This document shows, one piece after another, positions 13,479 to 26,190 of a stretch of 64,000 bases of DNA. The notes under the pieces were generated by a model that saw only the letters and a program-made list of their open reading frames with translations, had not been told where the DNA came from and did no database searches. Location: contig JAUCBJ010005141.1 in assembly GCA_032718475.1 (NCBI GenBank), positions 25,954-89,953 of the forward strand, in the 5' to 3' direction. The DNA is from Nemertoderma westbladi (Eukaryota > Animalia > Xenacoelomorpha). Positions within the stretch are counted from its first letter, which is position 1; the number at the start of each line of letters is the position of its first letter. Made by a program: the position numbers and the translations under genes.

Positions 13479-16400
13479 TGCTTCTTTATTGCAACGTAGG
13501 CAATAAAGGTAAAGTACCGGTCGACCGGTAACCAGTAGGCCTAACTACCTAACCACCCGAACTGGTACTTACAGCAGTACAGGTACTAGTATTATTTCGA
13601 TTGTGATATATTGTATATTGTAGGCTGTTAGGGGATTAGGGATTGATCAACCCTTATTCCTTTGTATGGTTTACTTATTTCTGTCAGTTTTATTTATCTG
13701 TAGGTTAATATTGAACAGAAGGCATGTAAGCCTGCTCAGATTGTACAAGTAATTTGTAGGCTGGACTGTTGTCTGGCTGTTGTCAGGTCCGAAGAGATTG
13801 CAGTGTGTGTAGAGTGTATGTCCGATAAAGTACTAGTTAGGAATGTGGGGGCAGCCAGTGCTGTAAGGTAAATCCCCCCCGAAAGAATAAGTCTTACTAC
13901 TCGGTTAGAACGCATACTAACTAACCATTTCGGAGTCTGCATATACTGTAGTTTATTTAGGCTTGATAGTAGTCTGCCAGCATTTGGTTTGTATTTTGTT
14001 TGTGTAGTCTGTACGGGTAGCGTAATATTTATTATTCAGAGTTTATGCGATTATTCGCAACATACATACCCCCAAGTTTATTCCTACAGTAATTGTGCTT
14101 GTTATATATACCGTTATAGTTAAATTAACCCCGGTACTACATCAGGGCTGTTTGGCGTAGGTAAAGACTGGTGATTTTATGCTCTGGTCACTCCGGCAGA
14201 TACCGTGGTTCTTTTAGCTGTACAAGTATTTTTAACTGCTGGTTATTTGTTGTATAAGTACTTGTACCTAATTTAGGGTTTAGTGTATAGTGCTTTCCGA
14301 AGGTAATTAGTGTGTAGGCAGTATATTTGTGTTGTAAAGTGGTTAATAGGCACGTTAGCTATAGTAGGCTGCGGTAATTAACTTCTAGGTAGGAACACTC
14401 TGTGTACATAACGTAGTACTTATAGCGCTACGGCTATAAGTTGTCAGACGGTGGTATTTTTCCTATCTGGACAACGCAATATATTTACTACTGCTTTATT
14501 ATTTTCAAATACCGTAGTATCCTGTCCGATTGTAATAACCAGAAATTCTAACTCCTTGTTAGGCTGGTTTGTAGGTTTCTTGTAAAATTAACCCTAAAAA
14601 TTCGTACGTGTAATTTTTGTGTTTATTTAGAGATTGTAATCTCACCCCGCAATTGTACGTAATTTGTAGTAATAAGTAACTTAGGCAAGTAGAATTATTT
14701 GTTTTAGTGTCCAAAAAGTGGCACTTCACTGAGAGCGTACAGCTTCTGTTTAGTGACTCCTTCCCAGAAATAATAACATTTATTTCAAATATTGTAACAA
14801 AACCCATTAAACGGGTATATATATTATAAATCAACTCAAACCGATTTATAAAATAGTAGGCCTGTCATACAACAATTAGGTCTTAATATCAGTTGGACTA
14901 CTGCTTAAATAACGGTAATAAAGTAAAGTAAAGTAACTAAGTAACCCTAAAATTCAGAAATTAAATTATTCTAAAATAATTGACGTACCGGTATTTACAA
15001 TAGGCTTATTATATTTATTTCTACAAATTTAAGCTGAAATTATATACCGGTATTCTGTAATTAATTCTAGTCTATAATAATACTTATATATATATATTAT
15101 AAGTGTATGTTGTATACCGGTATTTACGATAGGCTTATTATATTTATTTCTATAAATTTATGCTAAAATTATATACCGGTATTCTGTGACAAACCCTGGT
15201 CTGTAATCATACTTATATATACTATAAGTGTATACCGGTATTCTAATATATTATATATATATCACGTTACACTGAGTAACGGTATCGGTAATTAATTACT
15301 AGGCTTATAGTTGATACTGAATTACTAGACTTGCTTAAACTGTCGTTATAGTAGTAGGCATTCAACTGTACAATCCAACATGTCTGACACAAAACAAACA
15401 CTGTCAGATAGTCTCTTAGAAAGTGTTAGAATGAGTATTAGACTTAGACAGCGTATTAAAAGGATCTGTGACCAAGATCAAAGTATAGAACATCCCAGAC
15501 CAAAGTCCAAGTCCCCTCCTACTGTGAGAAAGGTCATCCCCCCAGTAATAGTATCAGACCCTAGGCTAGTAAAGCACCATAGGTCTATCATAGGCACTAG
15601 GGCTCAAGTTAAGCGGGACCAAGAAGCAGCTGCTAAACAGCAGCAACACCCGAGCCGAGAACTTATTTCTCAGCAGCCCGATAGCTTCAGTAGTTCAGAT
15701 ACTGTAGAGCTGACACCCGAGCGCGGAGCAAAGATGGCAGATGCGGTTTATTCGGATCCCCTTCTCATTCTTCCTGCAGCCGTACTCACTAGGGTATTGA
15801 TTGCAGTGGAGGAACACCAAATCGATTGGGCAAGAAGTAAGCGATCGACCAAGGACAGTTATGCGGGATACACAAGGGAGGAACTGAAGTCTATTGTCGA
15901 GTCGCAATGGAACTTCCCCGGACCCGGACTCCCGTTTAACTTATCGGAAGCTGCCTGGGAAGACTTACACAGGATGGGAGTGACAAAGGATACTAGTGAT
16001 CCAGCTGTGTGGAAGAGGTCGGCAGCAGGATATGTACAGGGATTCTTCAGCTCTTTGGAGCGATTAGAGGAACAACTGTTTCGACAACCCCAAGGACCTC
16101 AAGAGCAGGGAGAGCTGCTTTATCAAGTTAGAGAAAGAATTCTAAGAATCAGGCTAATCCTATCGGCCTTTGAGGAAGCTTCGAAAAGAAGACAAGACAC
16201 GTCGTTGCAAGTTGCCGTAAAGACTTGGTTCCAGCGGGTGAGTCTCAAGGCTCAAGGAACAGCCCAGTGGAAATCTCAGCTGGCTGAGCGCTCAACCCAT
16301 GGAGAATCAACAGACGCTACCTTTTCTCAAGTGGAAAGCGAAGCGACAGCAGAGAAACCGCAGAAGAAGGGCGCTATTGACATCTATCTGTCAGACTATC

Positions 16401-17827
16401 AACGATTTCTAGGTGATGAAGAGTTGAGGAGAAGGCTGGCTGGACTTCGTCCTAATAGTGAAGGAGCCAAGTTTGTGTTGGACGCAATAGATGCGGAAAT
16501 GTTAGCTGCGAACCAAGCTAAATTTGATGAAAGCATCCGCATCGCTAGGGTTCAAGAAGAACAAGTGAAGAAAAAACGTATAGAAGATAGAAAGACAGCA
16601 GCAGCGGCAGCGGCAGAGGCAGAAGCGGAAAGAAAGGCGGTCGAAGTGGAAAGAAAAGCGACAGAAGTGGAAAGAAAAGCGGCAGTGGCAGCGGCAGAAG
16701 CGGAAAGAAAGGCGGTCGAAGTGGAAAGAAAGGCAGTCGAAGTGGAAAGAAAAGCGGCCGAAGTGGAAAGAAAAGCAGCAGTGGCAGAAGCAGAACGGAG
16801 AGCATCTGAAGAGACAACCCAACTAGAGTTGGAAAATCTTCAAGAGAAGCAAGACAACTTCAATAAACAGTTAACAGCTAGTCAAATGCAGATGATGAGT
16901 CGATCTACTCCCAAAAGACAGGGATTTACATCATCTGATGAAGGCGATACCACCGATCCTGAAGGCGGAGGAAATAGATCTCGTTCCAACAGACGTAGAA
17001 GAATGCCTCACCGTCAGAAATTGCCTGATTTGCCCCCAGCTGTGAGAAGGCAACTAACTAGCTAGCACAGACTTAGGTAGTACAGAACCCACAGACCAAA
17101 TTATTAGATTAGAAAGACTCCCTACTATAGTAGATGAGCCTGAAATAATTAAGCCTGTTCTCGAAGCCACCCCTTCGGTGACAGAAACACCTGTACTCCT
17201 AGAATCTACCTCTAAATTCCCTTTGCACAGCACTAAACTACCTGTGCCCAGCAGAACAACAACTGAGACGGTTCCTGTCCTGGACTCCGAGCGAAATATC
17301 AATGATTTGTCGCCCGTTGTCCCTCGTCCACCCGCTACTATGTTGGCGGCTCCCGCTTCGGCGGTAGAGTGGGTGGATGAGGGACGACGGGAGATGGGTC
17401 TCCTGCTCGGGCAGCTGAGGGAACACCGTTTGTGCTCCTCTCAGCAGGTCCGGGAGATGGAAGGGACTGTTCAGCAGTTAAAGGGTACAGTAAGGGAAAG
17501 TAGGTTAGAGTTGCAAGAAGTGCAGCAGAGTATCGCGTTAGAACGCGATAAATTAGTAAATATCCAAAGGGGTATACCACCAACCCCGGTAACAATGTGT
17601 CAACCTGTTAGGTCTGAAGTATTTCATGCGCAAGGGTGGAGCCTACACGCATCTATACTGCTAGTGAAGCAGAAACTCCTATAGTAAACCCTATTAAGGG
17701 TAATTATAAACCTGTTGACAATGATATTCCATATAGACCTGATCATAATCCGAGAAATTTATATACCGATAACTCGATATTAAATAACACGATGGCCCAA
17801 GAAAGTTTTACGTGTCAAATGGCTAGA

Positions 17828-19307
17828 CTACTAGGATCGGCATGCTGCATTGCAGCTGCATTTTTAAGAATGCTGTGCCGGCTTGTCAACAAAATTGCAC
17901 CGCCACAACTCCCTATCACCCATGACATTTGCTAGATCATCCGCATCTTCAAGGCCAGTGTCCTTTAAGATGCGTCTCAAGAAAGTCATGGGCTGTCCAC
18001 CATGCTTATTTGCTCCATGAGGCTGTCAAAGTACAAGATTATGCACTGGCTGGTCCTCACGGCGAAAGCAATGTCCTGCAAAGCAGAGGCGATTTTGTTC
18101 TAGTGTCAAGCTTGGGGGAACCAATGAGACACCTCCAATGTTATATAGTGTCTGGTTGGAGATGTGTGCATTGTACTTGACACAATGAACCCGGCGTAGC
18201 ATTCTTGTGAATGTGCCATCCAGAGATTGGGTGTCCTCAGCAGTTAAAGCCCAGCATGGACTCCCGTAGAGGAGTACTGGAACTACTGCTGCTCTAAATA
18301 ATCGGACCTTAAGTTTCCGATTAATTCGCGGTGACTTCCAAATCCTGGAAAGCCTATTCAAGGCTGCCCATGCCTTTCCCTTACGTATTCGAAGGTCCTC
18401 ACCTGACTTCTGGATCCATGATCCCAGGTAACAGAAGTCGTCCACATGCTCAAGCATACCATCCTTTGAGCTTATGCTCATCAGATCAGAGACTTGCTGA
18501 GGACTTTCAAAATTAACTGTCAGAATTTTGGTCTTTCTGGAGTTAATAAAAAGACCAACACTAGAAGCAGCATGTTCTAATGAGCTGAGGAGCCGTTGGG
18601 CTCCCTCTAATGATTCTGAGAGTACTCCTAAGTCATCAGCAAAGTCTAGATCAGTTAGGTACTTGGCAGGATTTCCTCGAATTCTGGAGCCAGTAGGTGG
18701 AGTTATCATCACCCCATCATCATTATGATGATCTAAGGACATGCGTAGAACATAGTCAACCACAATAATGAACAAGAATGGTGCAAGTGTGTCTCCTTGG
18801 AGGACGCCCCATAACACTTCAAATGGTTCTGTGTCACCGTCAACAGTAGACACAAATGTTGTCGAACCATCGTATACTGATCTGATTGCTGCAATAATTT
18901 CATCAGGAATCCCATATAATGAAAGTATGCTGAACATACGTGAGTGAGAGACTGAATCAAAGGCCTTGAAGAAGTCAACAAAGATAACAGCCAGATGCCT
19001 GTCTTTCTTTTTTGATAATTCTTCAATTATCCTTTTAAGTGCCAAAATGGGCTCCATGGTCCCACGACCTTTACGGAACCCATTCTGATTTCCACGGAGC
19101 AGTCTCTCAATGGGATCCCTGATGCGATTTAATAGAATCCTGTTGTATAGCTTTGCAGCAATCGAGATCAATGAGATTCCCCGAAAAGAACCATAGAGTG
19201 TTAGGTTGCCCTTCTTGGGAACTGGCACCAACTTATTTGTTTTCATTTCTTGTGGGACTCTTGTTGTTCGGTACATGTCTACTATGATGGAATAGATGAG
19301 CTGGGAT
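17828..19307 (-). mobile_element. 5'-truncated RTE-type LINE inserted in gag
   Basis: TSD AAATGGCTAGA (17817-17827) / AAATGGCTGGA (19308-19318). The empty site is visible at 28043-28060 and near 37303. The 3' end has a (TAG)n tail. Confidence 0.93.
18026..19307 (-). pseudogene. Non-LTR reverse transcriptase (partial ORF2)
   Basis: Motifs PKKG..FRGISL, QNGFRKGR, FVDFFKAFDSV, GVLQGDTLAPFLF, DLDFADD and YLGS; C-terminal LLYGSPCW is typical of RTE-like elements. The N-terminus is missing. Confidence 0.92.
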
Positions 19308-22300
19308 AAATGGCTGGAACCGAAGCCCGTCAAGCGGTAAAGGTGGGAGAGATCGTCAAGTTCAATGGAGATGAGATGAAATGGTTACCTTTTAATGAAT
19401 ATTACAAAGATAACATCTGAACTCTGTGCTATCTAACGGAGAGAAACTTAGATTCCTCATCGAGTGCTTGGAAGGATCTCCCAAGTTAATGGCTTTAAAG
19501 TTTATTGGACATCCAGATGGATTAAGACAAGTTTGGGATACGCTAAACATCAGGTATGGTAATAGGAATAACATAGCTAGGTATTTGTATGCAAAATTGG
19601 TAGCGCCCCGAAAGTTCATTAGCAGCGGGATTATAGAGTTTTCCGATGAGATTCAGGAGATCTGTAGACAATTAGATTGGCTAGGTAAGTCTCATGAATA
19701 CCAGAATTCTATGGTTGTAGGAGCCTTAGCATCTACTTTGCCCAAGGGTGGAGTAGGTACACACTGGGACAAGAAAGTGTTATATATGATGGAACAACAA
19801 CGAAGAGACCCTACCATGGCTGATCTCATGTCATTCTTAGATGGAGAGGTAAATTTACAGCTCCTAAAGCAGTCCAGAGAGAAGACACCGGAAAATAAGG
19901 TAAGTGAGAAACCCAAAATGTGTGCTGTGCGACGGGCCCCACCGTTTAAGTGCGTGTGATGAATTCCTGAGGAAATCACTAAAGGATAGACGTGAAGTCA
20001 TGTGGGATAAGCGGTTGTGTTATAATTGCCTCAGACAAAGACACCAACGGCGAACCTGTTACTCCGACGCAAGGTGTGCTAAGTGCGGCGCGAAACATCA
20101 TATCTTGTTGTACACTGAATTCGAAAGAAACAGCCCGAGTCAGGTAAGTGAGCCCGAACTACATGTCCAATTCAGTGATGTGAACGACACTGACCACAGT
20201 TCTGAGATGGAAGGATTCTACACGGATGAATTCTCCGACGAAAACGAATCCTGTTATCTAATAAACACCGCAGTGTATCGAGCACTTACGTATGAGACTG
20301 AAACCGATAGTGGGCTCCCCCTAACTGTTCCTGACCGACAACCATCTTGGAAAGCGCCAACTTCCAACGTAGGGATCCGAGAATTTCCCGTAGTGCAGTT
20401 GAGAGTCCACGGGTTAAAAGGGAGCTATATAGTGAACGCCCTCCTTGACTCCGGCAGCACAGGAACATTCATCGACAAAGAACTAGCCGAAGACATCTTT
20501 GTTGGACAACCCAAGTTCCGAACTAAGTTGAACCTTTCAGGAATTATGCAGGTTTGGAAATCTACAGTAGCTACAGACTACAGACTAGGAGAACACAGTA
20601 TAAGGTCAGTAAAAATGGTGGCAATAAAGAACTTTGCTACCAGCCAAGTGGAACCTTATAACTGGGATGTAGACGATTTCACCCAGCAGCATGAGATACC
20701 TAGATTCAACACCGACTACCCAGGGATACAGATACTCATCGGCCAAAATGCGCATGAGGCGCTTGAGACATTAGAGAAACGGCCTGCTCGACCGTAACCA
20801 GTGCAAACCTATGCGGGAAGAACAAGAGTAGGTTGGTACCTCACTGGACCTTCCCGTAGGACACTCATGGAAAGGCTACCCAAAGATCGGGTCCATCAGG
20901 AGAGTGAATGGGAAGAAGACATCAGTGAGGGAGAGACGACCACAACTGAGGGAACACCATACTCCTCAGATAATGACGACATTAACTCTAATGTAGATCA
21001 ATGGAGACATTGCCCCAAGACGATTAATCTAGCCGACATCGCTTCCAGAGGAGCAACTCCTCAAGAACTGACAGATACTCCATACTGGTTAGGTAGTTAT
21101 ATTATATATAACCGCCTTCCTAAGTAAAGAAGATGAATGGTCTCCCCATCTTACCACGTCTGAGATGAGACAAGCCAAGGGAGCGGAGAAAGTCAAACCT
21201 AAAACCCGGACGAGTAAATCAAGGTTATTTAAACCCGTGCTAGATCTGTCTGTACTGCACATTTCCAGGGACGACGCTGTGGATCTAAACTCCCCCACCG
21301 CGAACCGATCTGTTGTGGAGATCAGAGAGAGAGACTGGAGATCTGGAACACCAGACGTCTCGCCGGGACTCTCACCTCTCCTGCCGGGAGCGATGGACCA
21401 CTATAGATCCTGGAATCGGCTTTGTAAGGCCGTCGTGTATTTGAAGCGATGTTTCTATCGTCACTATTCCAGGACGAAGAGGAAACCTGGAATTGTATTC
21501 GAAACACAACAACTCAATCTCCCAGTTGGTCGTTTATGTTTACTGGAAAGAGACCGAGAACTGTCCGGAAACTATGGAAGGCAAGATACTCTTCCTACGA
21601 CCACCTCCCTAATCCAACAAACATCTAGGAACTCCCCAACGTAACAGCGTCTGGAGTGGGTGTGTGACTATATTATTTTATATTTGTTTTTATTATTTTA
21701 TATTTATGTATGTATTATTATGTAATTTTATTATAATCGTTTTCTTTAATTTTATTTAGTAGAATGTTATTTTAGCGATTATTTAGTAGATTAGTGCAAT
21801 ATATATTAGTCTTATTACTTAATTACTTATATATTATATATTTAGTGCGACGGCGAGAAATAATTCTTTTTCTCTTTCCTTACTGTCCGTATCATATTAT
21901 AAATACGTGACTACAGTAAGATGAAATATCCGTACTTATTAAAGTACAATAAAGCTCCTACTATATTTAAGTATTATTGGTAAGTAGAGTATTAGGAATG
22001 CAAAATTCAGATCCTCGTGTCTCGGCTAAACCAAGCTCTGGGTAGACCTTGGAAACGACTTGCCTCTTCTCACTGACATTGCTTCTTGCGATATTGCTCT
22101 CATACCGTATATTAAATAATACATATAGTAGCATGATGTCCCTTTAACAGTAGCGTAAAACGCAAAATAAATCTGTTAAACCCTTTGACCATCTGTAATT
22201 CTAGTCGATTAAGATATCGCGGCACCCACCGATATACTTAAAAGACAAAATTCTAGAATCAATGGTTAACGTCCCCAGACATGTTCTGGAATAAACCGGT

Positions 22301-22754
22301 GCCCATCTTAAATATTAACTATTAATATTTATAAAATCTGTCAAACAAATACAATAGAGTAACTACTTACAAGTTAACACTAGAAAATCTATAAATTAAA
22401 ATCTGTCAAAATTTAGATCCTTTAAAATTCTAGTCAATTAAGATATCGTAGCACTTACCGATACTCTTAAAAGGACAAATTTCCTAGAATCAAGGATCCC
22501 AGTCCCCAGATATGTTCTGGAATAAAATTGTGTCTATTTTAATGATAAATAATAAAATTTACGGGAATAAATTTAAATTCATCTTTTTAATGAATTTGAT
22601 AAATTGTCATTTTTATACAATTTATAACATTCCCAAAATTCCATTAATTAATAGATCATGGGAGCGGAGATTCACCCTATTAAGTGTATTAGTGTGCGAG
22701 AATCTCCAATATATAGTCAATAGCCGATAAAATTCATAAAATCATGTATAAGGG

Positions 22755-23958
22755 TGTAAAAGCTTTTGCTGAATTGTCCGGTTATTTTTCCTTATTTTTC
22801 CCGTAAAATACTCTGTAGTTGGTTTACCAGGCACAAAAAGGCCGTGTCCTTGCTGTACTGGTGTTTTAGCGGACATAAAAGCTATTTCTTCTGTATTTGT
22901 ACTTTAGAGGACATAATCCGTAATTCCGTGACGTAAAAGCTCGATACTCTTGAAAACAGTGTCGCTACCATGACGACGGCTAGCAGCTGATATTGCCACG
23001 TCGACGTTTCTTTGTCTCTTTGTTCTCTCGTTGTTCAGGTTGACCAATGAGAGCGTTTGTTGTCTCTGTGTTAGAGGTGTATACAGAAACTCAGTAGTTC
23101 AGTGTTATGTTTTGCCCAGAGCCTAAGAACCGGCTTTTGGCACCTCCGTGTTTTCAGTTTTTAGTCTTACACTAGTAGGTTTAATTATAAGGACATATAT
23201 CCTTTAACCTAACGACTACTGCTAACTGATCATACATACTGACTTCTGAAACATTGCAAACTCATAACAATCAGTGTTTTCATTGTTGTTTTATACTGCT
23301 ATTTACTGTCAGTTCTTCATAATATGGTTGATGAATTATTATATTTGGAATAATGATAAATAACCCCGAAACCCAATATTCTTGATATACCGAAGGTAAG
23401 AGAGAAAGGTTACCAATAACGATTGTGACTTATGTTAAAGTGGTTTGAAGTGAATCTAATGTTATTTGATAGACCCTACATGAGTCAGTCTGTGTTCCTT
23501 TTATATGTGACTAAAATCAGTGAAGATTGGCAGATTAGTGTGCAGTATTGTGCAGCATTGTGTATGAGCGAGTCTGTTAAAGAAGCAATTCCTAAAGAAT
23601 GCGCCATATATGTGAATTATAATTGAGCCATATCGTTGTGAGTAGTTTAAGTCATAACTCTGTTTATATAGATAAAGCGCCACGTCCTAAAGGAACTGTT
23701 AATATTCCCGAAGGTGAATAATATTGTCAGAGATTATATAATACTGTCAGTCGAATAATACATTAGGCTTACATAGCAATAAAATTAAACCGTCGAACCC
23801 AATCTCCCGGGAATATCCAGCGGGTGAATGATCGCGCACAGATTGGTTTCGACTAGTGTAGTGAATCAAATACTTGTCATAGACTAAAAACCGATTTAAT
23901 ATCTAGAAGACATCTTAATTTGGTGGGTTAAACTGCCAAAGGTCTGAATGCGCGAACA
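22755..23958 (+). repeat. 5' LTR of element B (diverged variant of the A LTR)
   Basis: Runs TGTAAAAGC...GCGAACA; nearly identical to 33682-34885 and collinear with, but clearly diverged from, LTR A. Confidence 0.97.
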
Positions 23959-26190
23959 ATAACGGATATTTAGTCTGTATTGCAGTGTAGGCATTAAATA
24001 CAGTTTAATATTGTTCTGGTAAGAACAATAACGGATATTGCTTCTTTATTGCAGTAAGCAATAAAGTCGAAAGTACCGGTCGACCGGTAACCAGTAGGCC
24101 TGACTGCCTGATCATCCGGACCGGTACCTACAGCAGTATTATTCGATTTTGATTATTATATACCAGTAGGCCTTAATAATTAATCAGGGACTGCAGCCCT
24201 GGTTTTTTATTGAGATTTTTACTTATTTCTGTCAAGTTTTATTTATTTGTAGGCCAGTATTGAACAGAAGGCGTGTAAGCCTGATCATATTGTACAGACA
24301 AGTTGTAGGCTGAGCTGTTGTCTGATTGCTGTTAAGTCTGAACGGATTGCAGTGTGTGTAGGTCACCTGTCCGAGAAAGAACGGTTGGGAAGTAGGGGTA
24401 GCCATTGCTGTAAAGTAAACCCCCAATTAAAGAATAAGTCGTACTACTGGGTTAGAACGCATACTCCCTAATCATTTCGGAGTCTGCATGTCCTGTAGTT
24501 TATTTAGGCTTGAGAGTAGTCTGCCATCGTTGAGTCTGTACTTTGTTTGTGTAAGTCTGTACGGGTAGCGTATAATATTTATTTAGATAATTTGTAGGCT
24601 GGATAGTTGTCTGGCTGTTATTAAGTCTGAACGGATTGCAGCGTGTGTAGATCACTTGTCCGATAAAGAACGGTTAGGAAGTAGGGGCAGCGAATGCTGT
24701 AAGGTAAACCCCCGACTAAAGAATAAGTCGTACTACTGGGTTAGAACGCATACTACCTAATCATTTCGGAGTCTGCATGTACTGTAGTTTATTTAGGCTT
24801 GATAGTAGTCTGTCAGTGTTTGGTCTGCATTTTGTTTGAGTGGTTTGTACGCGTAGCGTAATATTTATTATTCAGAGTTTATGCGATTATTCGCAACATT
24901 CATTCCCCAAGTTTGTTCCTACAGTAATTGTGTTTGTTATACATACCGCTATAGTTAAATTAACCCTGGTACTACACGGGCTGCTTGGCGTAGGTAAAGA
25001 CTGGTGATTTTGTGCATCGGTCACTCCAGCAGATGCCGTGGTTCTTTTAGCTGTTCAAGTATATTTAACTACAGATTATATGTTATACAAGTACTCGTAC
25101 CTAATTTAGGGTTTAGTGTACAGTGCTTTCCGAAAGTAATTAGTGTAGGCATTATATTTGTGTTGTAAAGTGGTTGATAGGCACGTTCGATTAGCTCTAT
25201 TAACTTCTAGGTAGGAACACTCCGTGATACATAACGTAGAACCTATAGCGATACGGCTATAGGTCGTCAGGCGGTGGTATTTTCCTATCTGGACAACGCA
25301 GTGTATTTACTACTACTTATTATTTTCAAATACCGCAGTACCCTGTCCGTTGTAATAACCAGATTTCTAACCCTTTGTTAGGCTGGTTTGTAGACTTCTT
25401 GTAAAATTACCCTGAAATTTCGTATTTTGTGTTTTTGTAAATTTTTGTGTTTATTTAGAGATTGTAATCTCACCCGAATTGTACGTAATTTGTAGTATTA
25501 AGTAACTTAGGTAAATTAGAATTATTTGTTTTAGTGTCCTATAAGTAACACTTCACTGAAAGCGCACCGCTTTGTGTAGTGATTACTCCCCAGAAATAAT
25601 AACATTTATTTCAACATTGACAAAACCCATTAAAACGGGTATATATATATTATAAATCAACTCAAACGATTTATAAATAGTAGGCCTGCCATACAACAAT
25701 TAGGTCTCAATATCAGTTGGACTACTGCTCAAATAACAGTAATAAAGTAAGTTAAAGTAACCAAGTAACCCTTAAAATTCAGAAATTCGATTATTTAAAA
25801 TAATTGACATACCGGTATTACAATAGGCTTATTATATTTATTTCTATAAATTTTAGGTTGAAATCATACCGGTACTCTGTAATTAATTCTAGTCTGTAAT
25901 TATACTTATATATATACACTATAAGTGTAAACTGCATACCGGTATTCACGATAGGCCTATTATATATTTATATATATTTGTGCTAAAATTATATACCGGT
26001 TTCGGTGATAAACCTAGTCTGTAATAATAGTTATATACTATAAGCATACCGGTATTCTAATATATTATATATATCACGATACACTGAGTAGCAGTACCGG
26101 TAATTAATTACTAGGCTAGCAGTTAATACTGAATTACTAGACTTGCTTAGACTGTAATATAGCAGTAGGCATCCAACTGTACAAACAAAC

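Larger units (their letters stand above)
15380..21644 (+). pseudogene. Disrupted BEL/Pao gag-protease with RT, most of RNase H and integrase deleted
   Basis: Homologous to 26191-30669. Stop at 17063-17065, frameshifts, LINE insertion at 17828 and a deletion near 19912. Retains zinc-knuckle remnants (CVLCDGPH, CYNCLRQRH, CAKCGAKHH) and protease ALLDSGS. Confidence 0.93.

Noticed and set aside
16502-16822. Cys/Phe-rich and Leu/Pro-rich minus-strand ORFs (also 26773-27051 and 36074-36328)
   Set aside because: Antisense shadows of the gag AEAERK repeat.
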